Source: Octopus bimaculoides
Lineage: Eukaryota
NCBI RefSeq assembly: GCF_001194135.2
Contig: NC_068986.1
Span: 51,077,066-51,141,065, forward strand
DNA length: 64,000 nucleotides
Direction: 5' to 3'
The notes below the pieces were generated by a model that saw nothing but the letters and a program-made list of their open reading frames with translations, was not told the DNA's origin and ran no database searches. The position numbers and the translations under genes are program-made. Below, in pieces: positions 1 through 11,312 of the stretch (positions are counted from its first letter, which is position 1; the number at the start of each line of letters is the position of its first letter).

Positions 1-468
1 AAATACTTTTAGAATGTTGCTGCTTGTTTCAACATCTATCTGGCCACACACCTGCAAACATGTTAATCACTACAACACATACGTTACCTGTAATTAGATT
101 CACCTAGATAAAAATCATGAAGCCAATTTGGTTAAGAACCTCTTGTTAAATTGTGTTCTAAAAAATCACATTAATATGTTGTAATTAAAAAAACAGAACT
201 GTTTTATTGAACCAGTTATAAATTCACGATTATTTTAGAAGGGATAATTTTTTTTTAGTTTTGGGGAAATTACATTTTGTTCTGCATACTAAAACATTTT
301 CTTCACACTGGATGTATCTTATAGACTTGGCTATTTAGTAATGGTTTCATTAGTGTAATAGTAAATATTTTAAATCTTACAGAAATGGTGGGTGTTTTTA
401 AAACCCTTTACATCAATTTGAAGGAATTCTTTTATATATATATATGATGAAAAAAGTGAGAGAAGGAA

Positions 469-640
469 GGCACTGGCATAACTAGTTAAGAAGTTCACTT
501 CTCAACCACATGGTTTCAAGTTCAGTCCCATTATATGGAATGAGCAAGTGTCCTCGGCTCTGTCATTTGGTTGACCAAAGCTTTATGAATGGATTTGGTA
601 GATGGAAACTAAAAGAAAACTTGTGTGTGGGAATATCTAT
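469..640 (+). mobile_element. Decayed tRNA-derived SINE, family A (CORE-like; resembles octopus OR-type SINEs)
   Basis: Aligns by eye to better copies at 24520 and 49160 (aaccacatggtt..gttcagtccca..gagcaagtgtc..gaccaaagc..ggatttggtaga.ggaaact); CpGs mostly decayed to TpG/CpA. Confidence 0.65.
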
Positions 641-984
641 CTATGTCTCTCTAGTATATATATGTGTCTGTCTGTCTATCTATCCTTGTCTTGACATCAG
701 GTGGTAGTATCACTGGCATATAGGTAGCAGCATTCATTTTCAGTCTTCTGTGAAAATGTGTTTAACCAAGGGGAAACTGGTGATGGTTGATGACAAGAAG
801 TGCATCCTGCTGTAGAAGATTTGCTTCAGTGAATTACATCTGACTTTATGCTATCCTGGAAATGTGGACACCTTGATATAGTGTGATAATTGTGAATGAA
901 TATCAGTCATACAAGCTGTATCATTTGTTTTTCAATTGTACATGGGAACATCTGGTCATGGGGGAAATATTGCTTTCAGATTTT

Positions 985-1190
985 GACACAAGGCCAGCAA
1001 TATTGGGGTAGGGGGTAAATCAGTTACACATTGACACCAGTGTTCAACCGGTATTTATTTTATCGACCCCCAAAAGGATTAAAGGCTAAGTTGGCTTTTG
1101 TGGAATTTGAACTCAGAACCTAAAAACAGATGAAATGCTGCTAACCATTTTGCTTGATGTGCTAACAATTCTGCTAGTTTGCTGCCCTAG
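985..1190 (-). mobile_element. tRNA-derived SINE, family B (CpG-decayed copy)
   Basis: tatcgacccc.aaagga..aaaggc.aagt...ggaatttgaactcagaac...gctaac...gcc, matching copies at 20942 and 35614. Confidence 0.75.
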
Positions 1191-1399
1191 GTCATACGGG
1201 GAATGTTATCTTGTTTTGAAACTAGTGAGGATTGTTAACAGGAAGGGCATAGAAAAAAATCTACCTCAACAAATTTTACCTGATCCATGCAAGTATAGGA
1301 ATGTAGATGTTCAAATGGTATATATAAACACATACACAAATGTATACATATACATGACTATAGTAAATGTTTGTTAAACATGAAACTATTCAAATTGTT

Positions 1400-1680
1400 G
1401 ATCTTTAACTGTGAAGGAAATCTGAGGAAGATGTAGAGCCAGGAAGACATGGGATGAAGTGGTGAAGCATGATCTTCAAATGCTGAATCTCGGAGGCGAT
1501 GACAAGTGATTGAGTCATTTGCTGTGCTTGAGAGAACTTGTCAGGTTAAATGAAATCAGACACCCACTACACTATATAGTGGTTGGGGTTGGAAAGGGCA
1601 CTCAGCTGTAAGCCAAATCAGACCTGAACCTGGCACAGTTCTCTAGCTTTCTAGTTCTGGTCAAGCTGTCTAATCCATGT
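1400..1680 (+). mobile_element. RTE-clade LINE 3' fragment (ORF2 C-terminus plus 3' UTR)
   Basis: Translates GRCRARKTWDEVVKHDLQMLNL (RTE-type GRPRKTWxEVVKxDL), followed by a 3' UTR shared with 7445-8137 and 9040-9100. Confidence 0.7.
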
Positions 1681-1960
1681 GTTCTCAACCATTTTTTACC
1701 TATGGACTCTTGATTCCCATTTTATTTGAGTGGACCCCCTTAACCATTCAATGTTTGAAAAATCCTATTGTATTTTTATAATTAAATATTAGGACTTCCA
1801 TAAAAATTGTTTAAATATTTTATGTATTCTGGACATAGAACCAATTTACTGGTCTGAAGTACAATATTTTCCATGGACCCTGAAAAATTACTGTGGACCC
1901 TCGATTTACTATATTGCATCTGTGAACTGCACCAAATCTTATATGGACCCTGGTCCATAT
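1680..1960. mobile_element. Truncated hAT(Charlie)-like non-autonomous DNA element
   Basis: Starts gtgttctcaacc (Charlie-like cagtggttctcaacc terminus); repeated tggaccc subterminal motifs; tatatggacc-ct-ggtccatata hairpin. Confidence 0.45.
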
Positions 1961-2164
1961 AGAATTCATTTACAGCTGAGTGGACTGGGCTCAATCATGA
2001 GGTAGTGAGTTCATTTCCCACACCAGACAGTGTGTTCTTGAGCAAGACACTTTATGGAAAGTGTATGCTAAATGATGTGTATAGGTTTTAATCGGGTCTT
2101 TGATCAAGATAACACTTGGTATATCACTAACATTATAGTGGGGTGTAACTTAACATTGTATATT

Positions 2165-2776
2165 TTCTACTCTAGGCACAAGGCCTGAAATTTTTGTGGA
2201 GGGGGCCAATCGATTAGATCAACCCTAGTACACAACTGGTACTTAATTTGTTGACCTTGGTGGATTTGAAGACAGACGAAATACTGGAAAGCATTTTGCC
2301 TGGTGTGCTAATGTTTCTTCCAGCTCGCTCCTTAACATTGTATATTCTTTTTTACTCAAGACACAAAGCCTGAAATTTTTTTTTTCTGGAGTGGGGGNNN
2401 NNNNNNNNNNNNNNNNNNNNNNNNNNNNNNNNNNNNNNNNNNNNNNNNNNNNNNNNNNNNNNNNNNNNNNNNNNNNNNNNNNNNNNNNNNNNNNNNNNNN
2501 NNNNNNNNNNNNNNNNNNNNNNNNNNNNNNNNNNNNNNNNNNNNNNNNNNNNNNNNNNNNNNNNNNNNNNNNNNNNNNNNNNNNNNNNNNNNNNNNGGGG
2601 GGGGGGGCAGTTGATTGGATTGATCCCAGTACACAACTGTTACTTAATTTATTGACCCTGAAAGGATGAAAAGCAAAGTCAGCTTTGGCAGAATTTGAAC
2701 TCTGGATGTCAAGACAGACGAAATACTGCAAAGAATTTTCCACAGCATGCTAATGTTTCTGCCAGCTTGCTGCTTT
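2165..2776 (-). mobile_element. Two tandem family-B SINEs (2165-2331 and 2347-2776, second spans an N gap)
   Basis: Both carry the family-B body; separated and flanked by cttaa(c/t)attgtatatt at 2149, 2331 and 2777. Confidence 0.75.
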
Positions 2777-4449
2777 CTTAATATTGTATATTGATGAAAC
2801 AATGGTTTTAACTTGCCATCATAAACCTAAATGGTAACAATACTTTAAAATGATTTGAACGGTTATAGTAAAAGATTGTCATGTTGCAAGTTAAATACAT
2901 ATATATATATATATATATATCATTGAAGAAAGAAGAAATGGTTTCTCTTTATTTGATACTCAGATGGAGTTGTGTTTACACCTAGCTTTTTTTGACAAAT
3001 TGATAAGTTATTGGATGGACAAGTTACATCTGATCAATGATTATTGTACTATACTATTGAGGTGCTAAAAACTACAAGAAAAATCAAGAAGCTCAGCCAA
3101 CCAGAACTTTCAAGGATATGTGAACCAGACCATGCAACTGTACACCACACTTGATCAGTGACTATGCAAAAATATACGTTATTGATTGTTTATTTAATCA
3201 GCTAACTTTGTGAAGATTAATCTGTTTCTTTCATGCAGAGTTCACCATGGTTACTCATCAGCAGCTGTAAACTTGACAACTTATCTTAGTTTACAGTTAT
3301 TTTATTCAACCAGAGTCAAGTAAATGTCCAAATTCCAAATTCTTAAAAAGTTTACCCATAGAAATAACTTTAAATGGTGGTTCCAGATTTAGTTTTATTT
3401 TTTGTTAGCTTTAAGCCATGCCATTTATTCTGTAAAGAACATTGTTCAGAATATCAGTTTGCAAGGATACAGTAAGATTCTGGTCTCAACAAGCTCTCAA
3501 CCACTGACCTGTTCTCCCATTGTAGTACATTTGGGTCTAAGTGTATTTATATTTCTAGATGTAAGCAAGTTGTGTAGAGGCAGATGTGTAATTTAGTTAT
3601 TGAATCTATTTTCCTCTGTTCCTTATGTTTGACTTCAGAATAATATATATTTCTGTACAAAATTGCAAACAGTTGATATTTTAAATCCAAATCTTTTTTG
3701 ACTGTTAGATAAATATCTTAAATTTTGCAAACTACACTATCTTGAGAGTTAGGATGTTATTTACTGAAATAGAATCTGCATAAAGCTTTTATTTATCTAT
3801 CTTAAACTTCGTTTTAAAAGAGACAAAAAACAGCAAGTCAAGGAAAAGATTAAATAATTTGAAGGAAAATAATGTGTTTTTGCAAAGTTAATTTGTGGTT
3901 TATTAGATATTAGTTGCAGAAAGAATACTGGTATGGATGTAAGATGAAAATTTTACATCTTGAATCTTAAAAAGTTCTTTTGATGGCAAGAAATTATTCT
4001 AGGTAGTAGCAGAAGCATTGATTATCCTCAGAGATGATGGAATGATAACAAATTCAGTGTTGCAGAAGTATCAAAACTGGAATCATGAGGTGTTATAGAA
4101 GCATTTTACATTTTATAATGGACTCACACACACACACAAATATGTATTGTACAGTTGATGCTAAGAATGGCATTCAGTTGAAGATGCATTTATGTAAACC
4201 TATTCTTAACCTATTGCAGCTTAACCCTTCATATAGCAACTGCTACATTCATCTTTCTCATAACATGATATTAGTCAATGGATTTACTCAGTTTCTACAT
4301 TAGTCCTATCTCCTTTGATGTTCAGCCTATGACACACATTTTCATCATACACCACGTAAACCAAAGGCACATGAGGTGTGGGTCACAGGCAGAGTAAACA
4401 GACATATACAGCAGGCACATGAAGCAAAAAGCACTAAAAACACACAAAT

Positions 4450-4935
4450 AATAGAATCTGTGAAATTACGAGAAAGTTCTCGAGAAGTTAATAGCTTTTG
4501 CTACTTAACTGATCAGCAGTTGCGGTTGAAGGGCTGAATAGCAAGACTAAGGACAGGTCGTTAATGTTCAGCAAGCTGTTACCTCTGTTAGTTACAAATG
4601 ACTTCTCACTTCAGTGAAGGACAGATTGTACATTGTGTGCATAGATGATATACTGAATATTTGTAACAGCTGGAAAGAAATGAAGTAAGTGTGCTTCAGT
4701 GGTTGTGTAATGTTATGTTAGTGTGAATGAGTAACAGTATAAATAAGTTGAGAGACAGCCTGGATGTCATGTGAAATGTACTGAAAAGAGAAGACTGCAC
4801 TGATACAGGCAAGTGATTTGTAAGATGGATGCAGCTGTGCAAAGAAGTACTCTGTGAATGGAACTTCTGGAAGAAGGCGACTGAAAGAAATCAGTGAAGA
4901 CTGATCTCAAGATGTTGCAGCTTATGGAAGTAACA
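4450..4935 (+). pseudogene. Decayed RTE-clade LINE ORF2 (RT C-terminal part)
   Basis: Frameshifted remnants EVNSFCYLTD, FSKLLPLLVTNDFSL-VKDRLY, GRRRLK..KTDLKMLQL. Confidence 0.6.
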
Positions 4936-5043
4936 AAAGAATCAGGTTGATAGAAGACTTGAACACCTGAGTAAGCATGGTGAATCGAATATCGAAAATG
5001 GTGAAAGTAATGAAGACAGATGCATGAGTATTATCTATAGTGT

Positions 5044-5380
5044 GAAGGCACATGGCTTAGTAGTTAGAGCGTTGGGCTCAATCATGAGGCAGTGAGTTCA
5101 TTTCCTGCACCAGACGGCATATTGTGTTCTTGAGCAAGACACTTTATTTCATGTTGCTTCAGTTCATTCAGCAGCAGAAATGAGTTCTAACATCACTAGT
5201 GCCAAGCTGTATCAACCCTTGCCTTTCCCTTGGATAACAGCAATGGCACGGAGAGGGGAGGCTGGTATGCATGGGTGACTGCTGGTTTTCCATAAACAGA
5301 CTTTTGCCTCGGAGGGGAATTTTCTAGGTGCAATACCATGGTCAAACATGACTGAAGGGGGTCTTTACCCTTATTTATAG
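5044..5380 (+). mobile_element. tRNA-derived SINE, family C (CORE-like gtgttcttgagcaagacacttt)
   Basis: tRNA-like head ggcacatggcttagtagttagagcg...gagttcatttcc; related fragments at 1960-2055 (+) and 5560-5797 (-). Confidence 0.6.
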
Positions 5381-5814
5381 TCAAGTTTATAACTACTGCT
5401 TTCCCTGTAGCTTTGACGCCCTCTCATCTCCCTATCACTCCTTTCCCCATCTCATCTCTATCAATTGTGCTATTCATACAACAATGAATGGTATGAGACC
5501 TAGGTCTGTAATGAATTCTAGGATTTGTCTGGTCAGGGTTTAACTGGTTTTCATGACCTATACATGACTGATAATAGCAAGACTCTCCTCTGAATGGGAT
5601 GCCAATCCATCACGGTAAACTCCCAGCTATTGCTAGAATTCATTTACAGCTGAGTGGACTGGGGCAATGGGAAATAGAAGGAAGGAAATCAAAGTGTTTT
5701 GCTTTAGAATGCAGTGCTCCAACTTGTTTGGAAATTGAAACTCTGATTATATGATTGTGAGTGCAACACTGTAACCACTAGGCCACAAGCCTTCATGGTA
5801 TGAAACTTACCTAT

Positions 5815-6558
5815 AGGGCTTTCCTATAAGTAGGTTATCTCCCTTGGCTAGGCGGCGCTCCATGTAGATAATTAAACTTCCGGAGGCTACCCACGCCATT
5901 GTTATTGTTTTATGTCTTATCATGGATATAAAGCAGCTTGATGATTCAGCTATCGAAGTACTTACTGTGCCTGAGTTAAAGAAATATTTAAGATTATATG
6001 GACAGTATGTTACTGGAAGAAAGGCGGACTTGACTGAAAGGTTGAAAGGAATAAAAATTCTGTCGATGAAGAATGTCAACAAAGTAAATTCATCGGACGA
6101 TACTTCAGACAGGAATAAGCAGAAGCTTATATCTCCTCTCGGTGAAGTATTGCCTGATCTAAANNNNNNNNNNNNNNNNNNNNNNNNNNNNNNTCTAAAG
6201 ATCTTTGTAAGTTGCTGAATTTCACAGATAATGACATAATTACCTCGTGCTACGGATGAAAGCAAAGCAACAGTTAAGGAGTGGCATATTTTACCATGAC
6301 AGACACGTACACAGCATCGAATACCACGATGTGAGTGAAAGCTGCTCTCACTGTATTGTCCGGTGTCTGGTAATTCCTTTGATACCGACATCAAACCAAA
6401 AAAAGAATCCTGACCACAGAGTGTGGGTAATTATGTCAAATGTCACTGGCAATGTGCATTCAGCTGATTGCAACTGTTAAAGCAAGTAACTGAGCATGCG
6501 TACATGTCATACGGGAGAGTTCCAATCTGGGGTGGATAACACCTTATAGGAAAGCTCT
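5815..6558 (+). mobile_element. TIR-bounded mini DNA transposon (deletion derivative, ISL2EU/PIF-Harbinger-like) carrying a SAP-SWIM gene fragment
   Basis: Inverted repeat tatagggctttcctataag (5812-5830) vs reverse complement of 6543-6561 = tatagagctttcctataag (18/19); the outer bases can be read as AT or TA target duplications. Confidence 0.7.
5922..6510 (+). pseudogene. SAP-domain plus SWIM zinc-finger protein fragment (transposon accessory gene)
   Basis: LTVPELKKYLRLYGQYVTGRKADLTERL (SAP pattern); VWVIMSNVTGNVHSADCNC-stop then frameshifted ACVHV (SWIM CxC..CxH); 30-N gap inside. Confidence 0.7.
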
Positions 6559-6978
6559 ATATTCAATCTCCTCTTACCATTCTCTTCACTCCTTTCTCTG
6601 ACAAAGTCTGCCTATATTTGTATTCAATACAACTCTACCTTCATCTTTTCTCTACTGCCAGTCATCACTTTACCCTCAGGTCATTTACTGTCCTCTATCT
6701 CCGTTACCATTGTATTCCTCTATTATTATCCACCACTTTCTCACCTTCACCCTACTCATTTCTGTTTCTATCATCATCCTTTTGCTCCTTTCACCCAGCT
6801 ATCCTCATTCTTTTCTCATCATTCTCATATTCATCTTTATCTCACTGATTTGAGTACATGTTTTAGAATAGTGAATATCCTTTGTTGTTATAGTGGGCAA
6901 GACAATCCCTCATGCTACTAGTACCCTCTGAAGTGGTCAGTGAATGAACAGATGAAGTGTAGAGTTGAGAGGCCTTAA

Positions 6979-7187
6979 CCATTTAACATTTAAGCTGGCC
7001 ATATCTGGCTCAAAATGTTCTTGTTTTATGTGTCCAGATCTGGCCTCTCAAACTTATCCTACAAGATCGTTCAAAGATAAACAGATACATCATTGAAATT
7101 TCAAAGCTGTGAGACAATGCATGATCAATTCAAAACCATGTGAATAAATAACAATACATTTGACAGAGTAATCTGAATGCTAAAGGG
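6979..7187. mobile_element. piggyBac-type MITE
   Basis: TTAA on both sides (6975-6978, 7188-7191); TIR ccatttaacatt vs ccctttagcatt (10/12). Confidence 0.7.
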
Positions 7188-7444
7188 TTAATTGTCTTGT
7201 TGAGAACATGGCAACATGACATATTTCTAGTGCTGGTTCCACAATGCATTCTGTAATGCAGATGGTGATAAGAAGGGTACTCAACTGTAGAAACCAAGCC
7301 AAAAATGAACCAGTGGGGCAGTAGCTCTTGATAACGCCATCCTGCTCTCAAATCATGGAAAGTGGATGTAAAATGATGATGATGATGACAACTCATTTTC
7401 ACTAGACATTTTTTTTTTTGACTATTCAGATCATCATTATCGCC

Positions 7445-8136
7445 GTCATCACCATCATCATCATTTAATGTCTGTTGTCCATGGTGGCATAGGTTGGACA
7501 GTTTGACCAGAGCTGGTGGGATGGGTAGCTGCACCAGATTCCAGGATGATTTGGCATGGTTTCTACAGCTGGATGCCCTTTCTAATGCCAACCACTTTAC
7601 AGAGTGTGCTGGGTGCTTTTACATGGCACCACCCGGGCACTTTTACATGACATCACACTAGCAGTGCACCAGTGGTTTCTAAATTTGTTTTATTCAATAT
7701 ATATCATCATCATCGTTTAACGTCTGCTTTCCATACTAGCATGGGTTGGACGATTTGACACGACTGGCGAACCAGATGGCTGCACCAGGCTCCAATCTGA
7801 TCTGGCAGAGTTTCTACAGCTGGATGCCCTTCCTAACGCCAACCACTCCGAGAGTGTAGTGGGTGCTTTTATGTGCCACTGGCACGAGGGCCAGTCAGGC
7901 GGTACTGGCAACGGCCACGCTCAAATGTGCCACCTGCACAGGAGTTAGTCCAGCCACACTGGCAACGACTTCGCTCAAATGTTTTGTTCACGTGCTATTG
8001 GCATAAGTGCCTGTAAGGCAACGCTGGTAACGATCACGCTCAAACGGTGCTTTTTACATGCCACTGGCATGGAAGCCAGACAGCTGTTCTGGCAATGATC
8101 CCGCTCGGATGGTGCTGTTAGTGCTCCACTGGCACG

Positions 8137-8137
<1 letters not shown>
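7445..8137 (-). mobile_element. Two RTE-type 3'-end fragments (older 7445-7640; younger 7705-8137 with ~60-bp internal subrepeats)
   Basis: (CAT)n tails, then tttaacgtc.gctttccat.ctagcatgggttggac, tttctacagctggatgccct.tctaa.gccaaccac; repeated gtgccactggca..ctggcaacg..cacgctcaaatg units. Confidence 0.65.
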
Positions 8138-8188
<51 letters not shown>

Positions 8189-8762
8189 TGCTATATATAT
8201 ATATATATGATGGACTCTCCTGTCGAAGAAGATGTATGAGTGTTCAGCTTTTGCTGAGCAACCTACATGAATGATTTGTTTACACTGATCAAAAGTACAT
8301 ACTGTACATTAGCTAACTCCCTCCATCAAATCGAGATTGCTTGAACAGGTGCACTGTGTTTTACATGTCAAGTGTCAAAGTGATTGCAAAGTGATATGAC
8401 ATGAACTGTTTTGGTCAATAACAACCGCAACACCCAGTCTAGGAATTGAAATCGCGATCTCAAGATCATGAGTGCAGCACTCTAACCATTAGGCCAAACA
8501 TCAGCACAATGTATGTGTGTGTGTATATATCTATATATATATATATATATATCTTATCTGCATCTTGGAGACTTCGTCGTAGTATGTCAGCGGAGAGAAN
8601 NNNNNNNNNNNNNNNNNNNNNNNNNNNNNNNNNNNNNNNNNNNNNNNNNNNNNNNNNNNNNNNNNNNNNNNNNNNNNNNNNNNNNNNNNNNNNNNNNNNA
8701 TTTATAAATATATATATATATATATATGTAATGTATATGTATATATATATATATTGGTGCAA

Positions 8763-9489
8763 GTATGGCTATGTGGTAGGAAGTGTATTTCTGAACCATA
8801 TAGTTTCAGGCTCAGTCACACTATGGCACCTCGGGCAAGTGTCTTTTAGAATAGCTCTGGGCTGACCTAAGTCTTGTGAGTGGATTTGGTAGACAGAAAG
8901 TGAAAGAAGCCCATTGTATATATGTGTGTATATATATATAGCTACGTATGCTTTTGAATTTGTGTTTTCTCCATCACTGCTTGACAGTAGGTGTTGGTTG
9001 TGAATGTTCCTATAACTTAGCAGTTCTAGCTTGACGGCTCTGGTCAAACTGTCCAACACATGCCAGCATGGAAAATGGACATTAAAGGATGATGACGATG
9101 ATGTTTATACATTCATAGGTATGACTCTGTGGTAAGAAGGTTACTCCCCAACCATAAGGTTCTGGGTTCAATCCCACTGTGTAGCACCTTGGACAAGTGT
9201 TTTCTCCTATAGCCTTGGGCCGACCAAAGCCTTGTGAGTTTTTTTGGTAGACGGCATCTGAAAGAAGCCTGTTGTATATATGTATATGTTTATGTGTGTG
9301 TGTGTCTTTGTGTCTGTGTTTGTCCCACCACCATTGCTTGACAACCAATGTTAGTGTGTTTACGTCTCCATAACTTAGCAGTTTGGCAAAATAAAATAAG
9401 TACTAGCCTTACAAAGAATAAGTCCTCGGGTTCAATTTGTTTGACTAAAGCAGTGCTCCAGCATGGCTGCAGTCAAACATATGAAAGAA

Positions 9490-9490
<1 letters not shown>
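8763..9490 (+). mobile_element. Two family-A SINE copies (8763-9025, 9117-9490) with an RTE 3' tail between them
   Basis: Family-A head, body and tail motifs; 9040-9100 ends atggacattaaaggatgatgacgatg. Confidence 0.75.
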
Positions 9491-9543
<53 letters not shown>

Positions 9544-9544
9544 T

Positions 9545-9710
9545 AGTATATTTGCCACTTAAATGCAGCTAAACCCTAAGGGTGAATGCTACTGTAGCTT
9601 TTAGCCCCAGGAAAACATCTCCTTCAGCTGGAGGAGATGTTCTCCTGGGGCTAAAAGCTACAGTAGCATTCACCCTTAGGGTTTAGCCGCATTTAATTGG
9701 CAAATATACT
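9545..9710. repeat. 166-bp loop-less palindrome built from a dispersed repeat terminus
   Basis: 83-bp arms with 4 mismatches, centre cag|ctg at 9627/9628; arm homologous to the single-orientation copy at ~49875-49950. Confidence 0.9.
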
Positions 9711-9761
9711 TCACATTGACGTGCGGCTACTGTTTACACCTCGTTCAGAGGTTTAACATTG

Positions 9762-9866
<105 letters not shown>

Positions 9867-10409
9867 GCATATATGGGTACAGGATGTCACAAACCATATA
9901 CAACACTAAATATGAAAACAAAAGAGTTGAATACAGAAACAATGAGAGAAACAAATGGAAAACAGGACAAGTAACATAAAGAACGACCCTTCATCAGTTG
10001 TCGGCTGTCCATTTCGAGCAGTGAACGATAATATGAGTCTTCAAAGGCAGTTGCTCCTGCAAACCAAAATAAAATCTGGGACTTGCGGAGGGTCAAAGTT
10101 GGTAACAAAAACAGGACATTGGAGACATACAAGGAAACTGAATGAAAACAAACATGGAGGGTCATTAGACCAGATGATGGGTAAAATAGCGAATGCTGGA
10201 GAAATATTCTCTTTGACAAGAGAAAAGATAAATTATTAAGGTGGCTATTCACAATTTAAAAACTAAAAGGCATAAGTACAATTGTTACTAAGGGTGCAAT
10301 TCAGCTCCAGCATTGCTGGAAATAAGAGTCAAAGAACTATTAGCCATGGGCAAAGCACTTATCTTTTGACTGACAAGGAAGAACAAACACCTTACAGCAA
10401 GCGAGGAGT

Positions 10410-10455
10410 AACAGATCATCAATGATTTCAGATTGAATTAACCCTCATCAGCGAC
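10410..10455 (-). ncRNA. Degenerate type I hammerhead ribozyme
   Basis: gtcg-CTGATGA-gggtt aattc aatct-GAAA-tcat tg atga-TC-tgtt; core intact, helix I decayed. Confidence 0.55.
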
Positions 10456-10892
10456 ATGCTGTTGCCTTGGGCTAGATTGAACTCACCTTGTCAGTTTATA
10501 GAAGATATCATAGGAATTAGTGGCTGATTCAGTAAAATGGTAAAGTGAAAATTACAAAATTATTAAGGTGGCTGTTTGCAATTTAAAAACCAAAAAGGCA
10601 TAAGTACAATTGTCACTAAAGTTACTAAGGAATCTAGACAGCACCAGCAATGCTAGAGATAAGAGTCAAAACAACTCTTAGCCATGGGCTCTTATTTCTA
10701 GCAATGCTGGTGCTGATGTCATTTTAGTGACGACCATACTTCTGCCTTTTGGTTGTAAATTGCGAATAGCTACCTTAATAACTTATAATTCTCACTTCAC
10801 CATTTTCGAAATTAGTCGATGCTTCCTATAGTGTTCTCTATAAGGCTGATAAGGTGACTTAGGTTCTCTAACCTTCGGCAATGGAGTAATGG

Positions 10893-10939
10893 GTCACTGA
10901 TGAAGATTGATTAAATTTGAAATCATCTAATGGCATGAC
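10893..10939 (+). ncRNA. Degenerate type I hammerhead ribozyme (inverted copy)
   Basis: gtca-CTGATGA-agatt gatta aattt-GAAA-tcatctaatgg-CA-tgac; helix I gtca/tgac intact, cleavage triplet mutated. Confidence 0.45.
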
Positions 10940-11098
10940 TCCATCTCACTTTCCGCAGGGAGCTTGTCTCCCTTGTCATTTGTTAGAAAAGTGCTCTCAT
11001 ATGGTTAAGAGTTGCTTTGACTCTTGTTTTTAGCAATGCTGGTGTTCACTAGCATCCTCGTTCACTTTAGTGGTGACTATATTACATATATTTATATA

Positions 11099-11312
11099 CA
11101 AGGGGCTTTTGAAAAGTTTCTGGTTTTAAGGGTGTTGCGAAAGGCCTGTTTGAAGACCCAGCTTTCCAAGTTCTTTTAAAGGACTTAGAAAAACTGAAGG
11201 ACCCCTGCAATAAGTGTATGAATCTGAGAGAGGAATATGTTGAATAAAATCATAATTAACTGATCCTCCAGTATTTTCTTTCACCCAAAGCCAGGAACTT
11301 TTTGGTACTCCC
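11099..11312 (+). mobile_element. mariner-derived MITE (copy 1 of 3)
   Basis: TA-flanked imperfect TIR; internal CNKCMNLREEYVE-stop = mariner transposase C-terminus; homologs at 34898 and 52630. Confidence 0.75.

Larger units (their letters stand above)
10233..11050. repeat. Hammerhead-bearing repeat: 327-bp-period direct repeat plus inverted copy (retrozyme/Penelope pLTR-like)
   Basis: ttattaaggtggct at 10233 and 10560; inverted homolog 10691-11045; hammerhead cores in both orientations. Confidence 0.7.

Noticed and set aside
9960-10000. ctgatgaaggg on the minus strand as a further hammerhead
   Set aside because: No paired helix II followed by GAAA
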